Shown here piece after piece: positions 26,662-39,269 of a stretch of 64,000 nucleotides of DNA. The DNA is from Felis catus. Its lineage: Eukaryota. The notes beneath the pieces are model-generated. The model was given only the letters and a program-made list of their open reading frames with translations, was not told the origin of the DNA and did no database searches. Made by a program: the position numbers and the translations under genes. Within the stretch, counting starts at the first letter, position 1; the number at the start of each line of letters is the position of its first letter. The stretch is taken from the NCBI RefSeq assembly GCF_018350175.1, contig NC_058368.1:92258001-92322000 (forward strand), in the 5' to 3' direction.

Positions 26662-26879
26662 CGGTTGTAGCTCTTTAATGGCTACTTACGTTGAACATCT
26701 TTCATATGCTTATTATGCTTGCTATGTCACTCAGTCCTGTCACTCCACAAGCTGTGAGATCATGACCCGAGCCGAGGTTGGATGCTCAACCGACTGAGCC
26801 ACCCAGGCACCCCAAATTTTGACCATTTTAGAAGTTAAGTCAGTTATTTTCTTACTGTTGAGTTTTGAGAGTTCCTTAT

Positions 26880-27296
26880 AGCCTGTACTCCCCTTTATGT
26901 ACAAGGCTCCCCCACTGGATGCCTGAAACCATGGATTGTACCGAACCCTATATACTGCGTTTTTTCCTATATGTGCACACCTATGATAAAGCTTAGTTTC
27001 TAAATTAGTCCCAGTTAGGGATTAACAACAACAAATTAAATACGATTATAACCATCTACTGTAATAAAAGTTATGTGAATGTGGTCTCAAACTATCTTAG
27101 TGTCCTGTACTCACCCTTCTTATGATGCTGTGAGATGATAAAATGCCCGCATGATGGGATGAGGTGAGGGGAATGACGTAGGTGCTGTGACATGGCGTTA
27201 GGCTGCGACCTACCTGATGGTGCCAGAGAAGGAGAATCGTCTGCCTGTGGATTGAGACTGTCCGTAACTGAAACCGCCGAAAGGGAGGGCTGCTGC
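26880..27296 (+). mobile_element. MER44/Tigger7-like DNA transposon remnant
   Basis: CCCCACTGGATGCCTGAAACC..GTACCGAACCCTATATACT near the start and AACTGAAACCGC..AAGGGAGGGCTGCTG at the end resemble the recalled MER44 consensus. Confidence 0.7.
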
Positions 27297-27419
27297 ATTT
27301 GGAGTACGAGCTCTTCGTCCAGTATGTGATTTGCAAGTATTTTTTCTCTGCCTGTCGCTTGTCTTGTCATTGTCTTCATAGTAGTTTTTGTAGTTTTTTG
27401 TAGATTCACAATATTTTTG

Positions 27420-28532
27420 AATTAAAAAAAAATTTTTTTTTTCAACATTTATTTATTTTTGGGACAGAGAGAGACAGAGCATGAACGGGGGAGGGGCAGA
27501 GAGAGAGGGAGACACAGAATCGGAAACAGGCTCCAGGCTCTGAGCTCTCAGCCCAGAGCCCGACGCGGGGCTTGAACTCATGGACCGCGAGATTGCGAGA
27601 TCCTGACCTGGCTCAAGTCGGACGCTTAACTGACTGCGCCACCCAGGCGCCCCAATATTTTTGTAGTTTGAAGTTTTGATGAACTACAACTTAGCAATTT
27701 TTTTTTTCTTTTAAGGATCGTGACTTTGATGTCATGTCTAAGAACCTTATCTCCAGTCACTAAAGGTTTTCCTCTTCTTTTTTTAATGCTTATCTATTTA
27801 TTTTGAGAGAGAGAGAGAATCCCAAGCAGGCTCTGTGCTGTTAGCACAGAGGACAATGTGGGGCTTGAACTCACAAACCATGATTCTGTGACCTGAGCCA
27901 AAATCAAGAGTTGGACGCTTAACCAACTGAGCCACCCAGGCACCCCTGAAGGTTTTCCTCTGTTTCTTCCTAACAGTTATGTAATTTTATATTTTATATT
28001 TAGATTCATGATCAACTTAGAGTTAATTTTTATACAAGCTGTGTGTGATATTTAGGTTGAGAGTCCTTTTTACGCATGTGGTTATCCAGTGGGTCCAACA
28101 CCACTGTGGAGAAGACTGCTCTTTATTGAGATATTTTTACATCTTAAAATTTTTTTTTAATGTTTTATTTATTTTTGGGAGAGAGAAAGAGAGGGAGCAG
28201 GGGAGGGGCAGAGAGAGAGGAAGATACAGAATCCGAAGCAGGCTCCAGGCTCTGAGCTGTCAGCACAGAGCCTGATGTGGGGCTGGAACTCAGGAACTGT
28301 GAGATCAGAAGTCAGATGCTCAACCAACTGAGCCACCCAGGCGCCCCTACAGCAGTTTGTAAAAGTGGGGTAGTGAGGACTTGCACTTGTTTTTTAAATT
28401 AAATTAATAAATTTAAATTATTTAAAATTAATTAATAAATTTAAATAATCTCTACACCCAGTGTGGGGCTCGAATTCATGACCTGGAGATCAAGAGTCTC
28501 ACACTCCACCAACTGAGCCAGCCAGGTGCCCC
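27420..28532 (-). mobile_element. Four antisense Can-SINEs (27420-27652 young; 27780-27946; 28150-28347; 28400-28532)
   Basis: SINE bodies; TSDs CAATATTTTTG (first) and AAGGTTTTCCTCT (second). Confidence 0.88.
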
Positions 28533-28539
28533 AAGGACC

Positions 28540-30565
28540 TGCACTTTTAACTAAAACGGAGTAACATAGATCAGATTTACTTTCTTGCTCGAAACAACAT
28601 ATATATGTATATATATATTTTCATATATATATATGACATATATATGACAAGACTCCTGAGTTGAGGAGACAGAGTTGAAAGTGGGGAAACCCAACAGCTC
28701 AAGTTCATAGAACAGAATACCAGAGGGAGAACTGCTTACAGAGAGAAGCCTAGAGATGTGTAGATGGTCCCCCTGGAATGCATGCATGGGCAGAAAGGGT
28801 AGGGGGAAAAAACGTTTGAAAAGATTAAAGGGAATAGTGCCTGTTCCCATCAGCCAGACTTGTAAAAATCCAAAAGAAGACAGAAAAGAGGAAAAAAGAA
28901 ACAACAAATGGAAATAAATAGAAACAAAAATAATGAACAAAAACAAAACAAGTAGCAAGATGGTAGATACACACCTAACAAAATCAATAACCATATTAAA
29001 TGTCTAAAAGTCCCAACTAAGGGATGCCTGGCTGGCTCATTTGGAAGCGCATGTGACTCTTGATCTTGGGGCTGTGAGTTCAAGCCCCACGTTGGGTGGA
29101 GAGATTACTTAATTAATTAAAAAGAATTTAAAAATCCCATTTAAAAGGGAGAGCTTGTGGGGTGCCTGGGTGGCTCAGTCAGTTAGGTTGTCCCAACTTT
29201 GGCTCGGGTCATGATCTTGCGGTTCGTGGGTTTGATCCCTGTGTCGGGCTGTGTGCTGACAGCTTAGAGCCTGGAGCCTGCTTTGGATTTCGGGTCTCCC
29301 TCTCTCTCTCTACCCCTCCTCTGCTCACGCTCTGTCTCTCTCTCAAAAATAAATAAACATAAAAAAATAAATAAAAATAAAACAGAGAGCTTGTTAGATT
29401 GGATATAAAAAATTCAACACTCAACTATAGGATGCCTATAAGTAATGTACTTCAAGTATAAAGACACAAATAAGGTAAAAGTTAAAAAAAAATGGAAGAA
29501 GTTATCCCCTGCTAGCATTAATGAAAAAGAAAAAAACCACACTAGTATATCTATATTAATATCAAGCAAAGGAAAATTCAGAGCAAAGAATATAATCTGG
29601 GATAAAGACAGTCATTTAGTCATGATTAAAAGGGTCAATGGATGTAATAATCTGAAACACTTAGGCATCTATAAAAGAGCTTCAAAATACTTAAGTAAAA
29701 ATTGATAGAACTGAAAGGAAAAACAGACAAATTCACAATTATTGTCAGACATTTCAATACCCCCTTTTCAATAATTGATAGAAAAAGTAGGCAGTAAATC
29801 AGAAAAGATACAGTGGGCTTGAAGAAAACTATCAACCAACTTGATCTGATCAACCTAACAGCAACAGAATACACCTTATTTAAGTGCACACAGAACATGT
29901 ATCATGATAGACCATTTCATGGGCCGTAAAACAAATTTCAAAACATTTATATTTTATTGCGGTAAGAGCACTTAATAGAAGATCTACCCTCTTACCAAAT
30001 TTTTAAGTGCACAATAATGTTAACAACGTGCAGATCTCTAGATCTGCAGATCTAGAGGCCCATAAGTACAGCAGATCTCTAGAATGTACTCATGTCGTAT
30101 AACTGAAACTTTCTACCCTTTGAACAGCAACCCTTCATCTCTCTCTCTCCCTAGTCCCTGGCAACTGCTATTCTCTGTTTCTACAATTTTGACTGTTTAG
30201 ATTTTATTCATGTACATGGCATGACCCACTCTTTGTCCTCCTGTGACTGGCTTATTTCACTTGACATAATGTTCTCCAGCTTCATTCATACTGTTGTGTG
30301 TGTGACAGGGTTTCTTTCTTTTTTAAGGCTTCATAACATTCCATCATATGTATGTGCTACATTTTCTCAATCATTCGTTTCTTGATAGGCATTTACATTG
30401 TTTCCATGTCTTTGCTGTTTTGAACAATACTGCACTGGACATGGAAAGCATGTAACCTTCTGAGATCCTGATTTCAATTTTTTGGATATATACCCAGAAG
30501 TAGGATTGCTGAGTCAATATGGTGATTTTGTATGTATGTATGTATGTATGTATGTATTTAAAGGT

Positions 30566-30596
<31 letters not shown>

Positions 30597-32148
30597 TAGT
30601 TTATTTTGAGAGAGAGAGAGAAAGAATCCCAAGCAGGTTTTGCATTGTCAGCTTGCAACCTGATGTGGGACTTGAACCCACGAACCGTGAGGTCATGACC
30701 TGAGCTAAAGTTGGATGCCTAACTGACTGAGCCACCCAGCCATCCCTATTTATTTAAAAAAAAAATTTTTTTTTTAAAGTAGGCTTCATGCCCAGCACAG
30801 AGCCCAATGTGGGGCTTGAACTCAGGACCCTGAGATCAAGTCATACGCTCAACTAACTGAGCTACCCAGGTGCCCCTGGTAGTTTTGTTTTAAAATCTCA
30901 ATGAGTTTGAAAGGATTCACGTGCCACAAAGTGTGTTCTCTGACCACAGTGGTCTTGAGTTGGAAATGAGTAATGTCCGACTTTGAACTAGCTAGAAAAA
31001 TGCAATGTTTTCCTGTAAGTTCCACAATTGACTCTTCCTGGATCAGTTGGTCATGTGTTTATCTGCACACTAGTCTATTATCACTGTGGTAATTGACCAA
31101 ATGTACAGTAAATGCTCACCTCAAACACATGGACGAAGGATAGGAGAGAAATGGTTCTCTAAAGGATTATCAAAGTAATATTCCCAGAATGAAAATTCTG
31201 GGGCAGGCAAAATTATTAGCTATGCAACACCAAAACTAGAATTTTCCCTCTAAGAAACTTTCTAGAACAAGTTAGTGAGTTTAACAAGGTTGCAGTATAC
31301 AAGGTCAATATACCTCCAAAATATTTTAAAATCTCTATATAATAGCAACAAACAATTGGAAATGAAAATAATACCATTGATCATAACATCAAAGATATCA
31401 AATACCTAGGAAGAATAATCTGACAAAAGATGTGAAAGACTTATAGGCTGAAAACTACAAAATATTGCTGAGAGAAATTAAAGAAGACCTAAGAAAATAC
31501 CATGTTCGTGGGTTGAAGACTCAGTATTGTTAAGATGTAAATGCTCTCCAAAATCTATAGAGTTAACACAATCCCAATCAAAACCCCAGGCAGCCTTTTT
31601 TTTTTTTTCCTTTTGTAGACCCCAGCAAACTGATTCCAAAATTCATATGGAAATGCAAAGGATCAAGTATAACCAAAACAACTCTGAGAAAGAACGACTT
31701 TGGAAGGTTCACACTACCTGATTTCAAGACTTACAAAGCTATAGTACACAAAACAGCTTGATACTAGCATAAAGATAGACAAATAGATCAATGGAACATA
31801 ATGGAGAGTCTAGAAGTAACCCCAACATCTGTGGACAATTGTGGTTTTTTTTTTTTTTTAAACAAGCGCCTAAAGGCAATGTGATGGAGGCGGTTATAGC
31901 CCTTCCAACAAATGGTGAGGGAACAACTGGCTATCCATATGCAAAATAATGAAATTAAATCCTTATCTCACAGAATATAAAAAAAAATCAACTCCTAATA
32001 GATCATTGCCTTAAATGTAAGAGCCACAACTGTGGAACCGCTAGGCGAAAACAGGAGAAAAGATTTCTTACATCCACTGTCTCTGGGAGAACAAAAGGAT
32101 AAATTTGGCTTCATCAAAATTTGAAAGTTCTGTTCTTCACTCTTTATT

Positions 32149-32201
<53 letters not shown>

Positions 32202-32790
32202 ACAAATAGGGGAAGGGCAGAGAGAGACGGAGACACAGAATCCGAAGCAAGGCTCCAGTCTCTGAACTGTCAGCACAGAGCCTGATGTGGGGCTCAAACC
32301 AACGAACCATGAGATCATGACCTGAGCCAAAGTTGAACGCCACCCAGCACCCCAAAACTTCTGTTCTTCAGAAGACACTGTTACAAGCAGTAGACTGCAG
32401 GAGAATATTTGGAAGACATATATCTAATAACGGACTTGTATCCAGAATACCTAAAAAAAATTCTCAAAACCGCAATAAGAAAACAACCCAGTTAAAAAGC
32501 TGGGCCATGTTGAAAAGATATTTTGCCCAAAAAGACATACAGAAGACAAATAAATACATGAGACTATGCTCAACACTATTAGGCATTAGGAAAATGAAAA
32601 CTAAAACCCACGATAAGATACCCTTACATATCTGTTAGAGCAACTAGCGTGTTGGCAAGGATGTTCACATTCCCTGATGGTGGGAATGTAAAATGATAGA
32701 ACCACTTTAGAAAACAGTTGGGCATTTTCTGAAGAAGTAAAACACACACATAAAAACATACACATAAAAGCAGTAAAAGCATTCAACTCC
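28540..32790 (+). mobile_element. Old sense-strand L1 pieces (endonuclease region ~29400-29940; ORF2 3' half ~31240-32790), with nested SINEs and an antisense L1MA/MB 3' end at ~29950-30520
   Basis: A-rich L1 ORF2 motifs (ACACTACCTGATTTCAAGACTT, AGATCAATGGAAC); SINEs at ~29020, 29159, 30590, 30760 and 32140. Confidence 0.7.
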
Positions 32791-32981
32791 TAGGTACTGG
32801 TCTAGTTTTTTCCTAACTTGCATATTTTCATTAGAGTAATTGTATTCCTTGTTTTCATGTGCTGCCTCCTTCTGCTCCACAGACCATACACTCCCTGGAG
32901 GTGGAGAATCTTTCCATTTTATATACTGAGTTTCTTGCACAATCAGGTATTTAATAAATGTTTAAGAAATTACTAACAGCA

Positions 32982-33754
32982 GGGGCACCTGGGTGGCTCA
33001 GTTGGTTAAGCCTTTGACTTTGGCTCAGGTCATGATCTCACTGTTCCTAAGTTCGAGCACTGCAGTGGGCTCTGTGCTGGCAGTGTGGATCCTGCTTGGG
33101 ATTCTCTCTTCTTCTCTTTCTGCCCCTCCCCCACTCGCTCTGTCTCTGTCACTCTCAAATTAAATAAATACACGCTAAAAAGTTACTAAGAGCAGTAAAG
33201 AAAATAACGATGAGAAAAATTCATTATTCAATATGAATTTTACCTAGTCTCTTTTTAGTATGGAGAATATTTTATTCTATTTATTTTCATCTAAAGTTAT
33301 ATGATAATGTTGCTCCCATGCTATTTCAGACTTCTAATTCATTCATAGTAATGGCTATGTGATATTTAATAAATTTCATTCATTATAATAAAATCCCTAA
33401 TTTTGTCTTTTTTTCCTAGTATTAATGCAAACATTTTCTTATTTTAAATAATTTCATTAGGACATATACCCAGCAGTGGTGTTACTAGATGAGAGGGTAT
33501 GAACAATTATATTACATTATTTTAAAGTATACTTAGCTAGCAGTGGAGCATATGGTTCCTTAAACAGAATGATCTGGGTATGGAAATGGTCTTAGCTATA
33601 CCTGGATAAATTTTTTCAAAAGGATTTTTAAATCAAGAAAATCATCTTTAAAAAATATTGGGCCTATTCTCTTTGGGTTTAAAAACCAAACACCTATTTT
33701 TACTGTTGGTGGGTCTTTCTTTTCCATGTGGCATAATTTTTTAAAATATTTATT

Positions 33755-33794
<40 letters not shown>

Positions 33795-33915
33795 TCAAGC
33801 AGGCTGTGCACTATCAGCATGGACCCCAACGTGGGGCTTGAACTCATGAACTGTGAGATTATGACCTGAGCTGAAATCAAGAATCAGATGCTTAACTGAG
33901 TCACCCAGGTGCCCC
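32982..33915. mobile_element. Two Can-SINEs (+ 32982-33170; - 33735-33915)
   Basis: SINE heads and tails. Confidence 0.85.
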
Positions 33916-34619
33916 TGGCCATAATTTTTTAAAAACAATTCTATAGTTATGAGTTTTTTTTTTCCTAAGAACATGTTTCATACACCCTTAATTTATCTTG
34001 GCCAAACATCAGAAACCCTTATGTGAGTATATAAATATGTAAAAGACTCTGTCTTGTTCCAAAAAGGATTTGAGATTGTATTAAACCAAATTCTGGTGTG
34101 AAATGTAGGGGAAAATACCAAAACAAGAAATGATTTCTTGGAGGACTGTATAACCAGCATAATGCGGGATCATCCCGCGAGAGAAGGACACCTATAATGT
34201 TCCGCCAATATTTTGATCATCCTTAGAGGAGACGTGGCTTCTGGAAATTTTGATTAGTTTTTGGTCTTTTGCTTTAAGTTAAAAGTGCTATTAAGTACAT
34301 GATGAAGTATGTTGCGCTGAGGAAGAGTTACCTTTTCAGTTCACCCCTATGGATTTGGTGTAGGTATCAATCACAACCTTTGGTGTTACTTAATTGTAAG
34401 TAACACATACTGACTCAAAGTGGTGAAGGGCTTTATTGGAAGGATGTCAAACAGCTTCCAGAATTGATGGATTTGAAGGATGAGGTATGGAAACAGGCAG
34501 GGGTAGATGGACTTAGAGCTCAGGAAAGGTAGGATCAGGACCGCACCCCTGGCTCTGCTGCTACTGGGTGCTGCCAGTGCTAGATTCTCACTTCTTTTTC
34601 AACGGTTTTCCAGCCTCCC

Positions 34620-35047
34620 TGAAAGGGCGGACCTACGCCGGCCGACTCCATCTTGTTCTGTGTCTTCCACCTTGAGTGACTATGTCCCTGCATGCCCCCT
34701 TTCCGGGAAAATCGCAGACACCTCAGACCACGCCTCCTTCCCTTGAGTAACCTCCTGCTCACCCATTCAAACTTCCCGATCAAAACAAGCCCGGCGACGT
34801 TCGTAACCGGACTCCGACCCTTCCCCAGCCAATCGGCTGAGGCCACAGCCATTACCTCACCAACTGCCCCTAGACCCCTATAAAACCTTTGTGCTTTTGA
34901 AACTCGCTCTCTCTCCCCGGCATCTCACTGCTGCATCGGTGCAGGTAGGGGATTGAGCTCGAGCTAGCTCGAATAAAGGCTCTTTTGCTTTTGCATCGGA
35001 CTCGGCTCCCTGGTGGTCTTTGGGGATCACGAATTCTGGGCATAACA
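34620..35047 (+). mobile_element. Young ERV1-class (gammaretrovirus-like) solo LTR, 428 bp
   Basis: TG...CA ends; TSD TCCC at 34616-34619 and 35048-35051; CCAAT 34829, TATAAAA 34879, AATAAA 34972; many retained CpGs. Confidence 0.9.
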
Positions 35048-35152
35048 TCCCCTGTATCTTTGTCACATCCTGTCAAGAATCAGAGGTGGTAGGAGCAAAT
35101 GACTGGGCAAGTGGATACCCTTTCTGTTACGCAGTAGGAAAAAGAAGGATCT

Positions 35153-35602
35153 GGGAGTGCCTTGCTGGCTCAGCCAGTAGAGCATGTGACTTTTGATCTC
35201 TGAATGATGAGTTCAAATCCCATGTTGGGCGTGGAGCCTACTTAAAAAAAAAATTAAAAAAAAAGGTGGTTTGGTTTATGGCTAAGTTAAAAAAAATTGT
35301 AACTCTGTTACAACATTTATTGATTCCTGATGATTATAGGATCATTTTTCACTTTCCTTACAATGTGTACAGTGGAGGTTCTTTTTTTTCTTTAATGTTT
35401 ACTTATTTTTGAGAGAGAGAGAGAGTGAGAGAGAGAGAGAGAGAGGAAAGGACAGAGAGAGAGGGAGACACAGAATCTGAAGCAGACTCCGGGCTCTGAG
35501 CTGTCAGCACAGAGCCCGATGTGTGGCTTGAACTCATGAACTGTGAGATCATGACCTGAGTTGAAGTGGGACACTTAACTGGCTGAGCCACCCAGGTGTC
35601 CC
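35153..35602. mobile_element. Two Can-SINEs (+ 35153-35260 short; - 35382-35602)
   Basis: SINE motifs; the second interrupts the start of a hAT-Charlie-like remnant (~35603-35795). Confidence 0.8.
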
Positions 35603-35872
35603 TACAGGAGGTTCTTAAACTGTGGCCCATGCATGATTGGGGAGAGCTGGGGAAGTTCCCATATTCCCACAAAATTCCCACAGAATTTTTGGTATGTGTG
35701 CCTTTTGCATTGTTGGGTGGTAGGAGGATCCATAACTTTTGTTAGATTCTCCAAGAGGGCCACAATCTACAAAGAAGTTAAGAGATCTTCCCTGGAATGT
35801 CCCACAAAAATTACTTTATCCTTGTGAAATTTCATTTCAGTGGTCTTAATTGTCGCTAGTATTACTACCTTT

Positions 35873-35891
35873 TGTCCGCTAGATGGTGCTG
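35873..35891 (+). promoter_or_regulatory. CTCF-like binding motif TGTCCGCTAGATGGTGCTG
   Basis: Close match to the CTCF core (TGGCCACCAGGGGGCGCTA-type) in non-repeat DNA. Confidence 0.55.
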
Positions 35892-36726
35892 CTGTACGCA
35901 TTTTCAAACACCAATAGCGAGGTTCATTGATTTATTGAGTGGAAAAAGCGCAGTGGTTTAATGGCAAGTTCTCCAGTTCATTTTAGGTTGGGAGGAATTT
36001 TTGAAATCACGTAGTTCAGTCTTATTGTTTCATAGATAGACAACTTGATGCCCAAAGTTTAAGGGAGAGCTTTGACCGGGACCAGACCTTTTAAATAGTC
36101 AAAAGGATGCCCTGGAATTGAGGCTCTCCTCCTACCAAAGTGTACTTGAAAGATGTGCCCCTGGCTCCCATAGGACTGGGGATGGTACTGGTTGTAGACT
36201 TTAGATTCTTTGGTTCTGAGACATTTGTATATTTCAGTTACAGTCATGGCATGAAATTTGGCCCTTTTCCCCTGGGAGCTGGTGGTGTTGCAAAGAGGGC
36301 TTTATTTAGTTAAGGAGGGAACTTGGGCAGATTCTTCCCTGTGACTAATCCTCTCCTACCCCCTTCCCTGGTTGGCTTTAGACATATCTTAATTATGTGC
36401 ATTATGTTCTTTCCAGAGCCAGTGGTAACCCTATAAATATATGTGTAAGCAATATTGATGACACATAAGGGAAGTGCTATGAATATTGATGTTTGGATTC
36501 CTCAGACCGGAAGAGAGAGAAAACCCAAGTCAAATGCGAAGACCACTCTGGGAAAGTGGCTGGACAGATTCTCTGTAGCGTCCTTTGTGTACAGATCACT
36601 AAACAAAGACACGAAGAGTGGCCACGGCGTGTGCTTTGGATCCACCTATCTTGGGGACAATCTTCTATGTTTCTCCCCAAAAAGAGTCTGGACATGCCTA
36701 AGTCTTCAAAAGATGTGCTTGCTTGC

Positions 36727-36737
36727 TCCCTTTCTTT

Positions 36738-36769
<32 letters not shown>

Positions 36770-36823
36770 TTTCTGTCTTTCTCTCTCTCTTCTTTCTTTC
36801 TTTCTTTCTCTCTCTCCCTTTCT

Positions 36824-36858
<35 letters not shown>

Positions 36859-36910
36859 CTTTCTTTCTATCTCTCTTTTTCTTTTTTCCTTCCTTTCTTT
36901 CTTCTTTCTC

Positions 36911-36953
<43 letters not shown>

Positions 36954-37064
36954 GTCTCTTTCTTTTTTCCTTTCTTTCTTTCTCTCTCTCTCTCCCTTTC
37001 TTCTTTCTTTCTTTCTCTCTCTTTCTTTCTCTCTCTCTTTTTCTTTTTTCCTTCCTTTCTTTCT

Positions 37065-37104
<40 letters not shown>

Positions 37105-37112
37105 TTCCCCCC
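36727..37112 (+). repeat. ~385-bp compound (CTTT)n/(CT)n polypyrimidine tract
   Basis: Read directly; very few purines. Confidence 0.97.
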
Positions 37113-37329
37113 ACTTCCCTGTTCTCTTTGTTTCTAGATCCTTTCTGTCTTTGGCAATCTCCTCAGCCACACCAAGAGAAGAACCCAAGTGTTCACCATT
37201 CATACCTCTTCCCACCAAAGCTAACAATATGAATCAATAAAGTGTCCTTAAAAACAACAACAATTTCATCTGTACTGATACACATACCTGACTATATCTA
37301 AAGCTCAATGTCGTGTATTGAATTTCAGC

Positions 37330-37980
37330 AAGCTGTGGTGAAATGGTCTCCACTTGTCTCTACAGACCCATGCTTCTGACTGTGCCTGGGATGCTGACTT
37401 TTATGTCCTCTGACAACTTCTTGAGGAAGTGGGTGGGGGGCAGAGAGAGGGAGACACAGAATCAGAAGCAGGCTCCAGGCTCTGAGCTGTCGGCACAGAG
37501 CCCTACTTGGGCTCAAACACAAGAGCCATGAGACCGTGACCTGAAGCTGAAGTTGGATGCTTAGCCAACTGAGCCACCCAGGCACCCCTTTACTCTGACT
37601 TCTTGTTGGGTTTGGCCAATGGGAGGTACCAGCATGAGGTGAGAAGGTGAGAGAGAGAGCTGGAGAACTTCTTTCCCTGCATCACTGTCCGCTGGGTCAC
37701 TGGGTAGCTTGGCCGTGTCCTCAATCTGCTGCTAAAAGCCATAGCTCCTGTCAGGCAGCTCTCTGCCACAGTTAGGACTTTCTCGTTTCTAGTAACTTCT
37801 CGTTCCTTCCCTTGTTCCATCAAGCCTAAGGGTGGTCGTATCTTTCTGTTATTCTAGTCATGGGGTGCCTCATTCTGCCTCATGTTTCCCGAATTCTGCC
37901 TCCTCCTTTGTAAACAGACCCTTCATTAAAATTTCTTCATTCTTTCCATCTGTTTTCAGTCCAAGCCCCGACCTGTTCAA
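37330..37980 (+). mobile_element. LTR33-like ERVL LTR interrupted by an antisense SINE fragment (37432-37588)
   Basis: GTTGGGTTTGGCCAATGGGAGG..CAGCA and TTGTAAACAG.CCCTTCATTAAA motifs. Confidence 0.6.
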
Positions 37981-38245
37981 CCAGAAGCTTCACTGAATGT
38001 CTATAGTATGAGTTTCCTCACAAACAGCTGTTTATGATGCTGGAGTTACGTGTAGATTTTTGAACTGGAACATTAATGGTCACATTTTATTATACTTAGT
38101 TTGAAAACATATACTGAGTGCCAAGCTTGACATGAGGTACTTCAGTCTCTCATTCCATTTGATCCTATCACAACATTAAGTTGAATTAAGCATTTTATAG
38201 TTGACAGTCTTTAGGCATTTACCTAGTAGGTGAACATTGACATTT

Positions 38246-38446
38246 AAAAATTTTTTAAATTTATTTTTGAGAGAGAGCATGAGCAGGACAGGGAGAGAGG
38301 GAGAGTGAGAGAGAGAATCCCAAGCAGGTTCTGCACTGTCAACGCAGGTCCCCAGTGTGGGGCTTGAACTCATGAGCTGTGAGATCATGACCCGAGCTGA
38401 AATCAAGAGTTGGACACTTAACTGACTGAGACACCCAGGCACCCCA
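38246..38446 (-). mobile_element. Can-SINE
   Basis: TSD GAACATTGACATTT on both sides. Confidence 0.9.
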
Positions 38447-38589
38447 GAACATTGACATTTTTATTATGTATGTATGTCTGCTTTAAAACAGTCTCATAAG
38501 AATCCATGATTTACTGCTAGTCATAGTTTCTGTGATGAACACCATGATTAGCTACTCTGTACACCATTGGGAAGGAGGAACTTATTCCC

Positions 38590-39200
38590 CCATACTGGGT
38601 GGGCTGCTGGCAGAAGTCCTCAGGTGTCAGATCCTCACAGGTCTTCAGCCTCAGCTGAACAGAACTGCCTTGCCCAGTCATGTCCCCTACCCAGAGTGGC
38701 CCATCTCCAGTGGCTGATTAATACCCAGGACACAAAGGCTCAGTCCTCTTGTCCCAACTCAGGATAACTCTGAAGGGTCATCCCAGCATCAAGACTTCCC
38801 ATGGGAAGCACGGAGACCGCCAGTGGGACTGCGTTGAGGCTCATCTTCTTCCTCTGGCCAACTCTGCTTCCTTGCTTCCCCCTTTCAGGCATCCATCATC
38901 AGAACACCCCTGGATACCATTCTCCTCCTCAGAGTCTGACCTCAAAATGCAGATGCTGGGATAAGATTCTGGATCTGGATTATGCATGAATTGTTTGACA
39001 ATGAGGACTCTCATTGGCAGTGATGAGTGGGGTGCAGACAGCCTCTGGCACAAGGTGGCAATGCAGTTGTTGAAACTTTTGACCCTGCTTGGGTCACGTG
39101 ATCACCTCCTGACTGGGTGAGAGGAGACCTGACGTGGGTCATGTGTTTTGTAGCTGGGAAGCAAGCGGGGTGTTGTGATGGAGATTCAATAGAGCCACAT
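38590..39200 (+). mobile_element. LTR16-like ERVL LTR plus adjacent internal fragment
   Basis: CCCAACTCAGGATAACTCTGAAGGGTCATCCCAGC motif followed by ERVL-internal-like sequence. Confidence 0.55.
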
Positions 39201-39269
39201 GGGGGATGGTGGGAGTTCACCCAAGAAAAGGATGTTGAGGTGTCCAGAGCAGTTCCTGAAGTCATTAAG

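Larger units (their letters stand above)
24630..28130 (-). mobile_element. Old L1M 3' region acting as host for nested insertions
   Basis: Collinear antisense L1 motifs resume after each nested element. Confidence 0.7.

Noticed and set aside
28390..28450. AT-only quasi-palindrome
   Set aside because: Decayed SINE tail with slippage duplications
36455..37240. Long ORFs (up to 261 aa) on both strands
   Set aside because: They translate the (CTTT)n tract, which lacks stop codons; low-complexity F/L/S or K/E/R content
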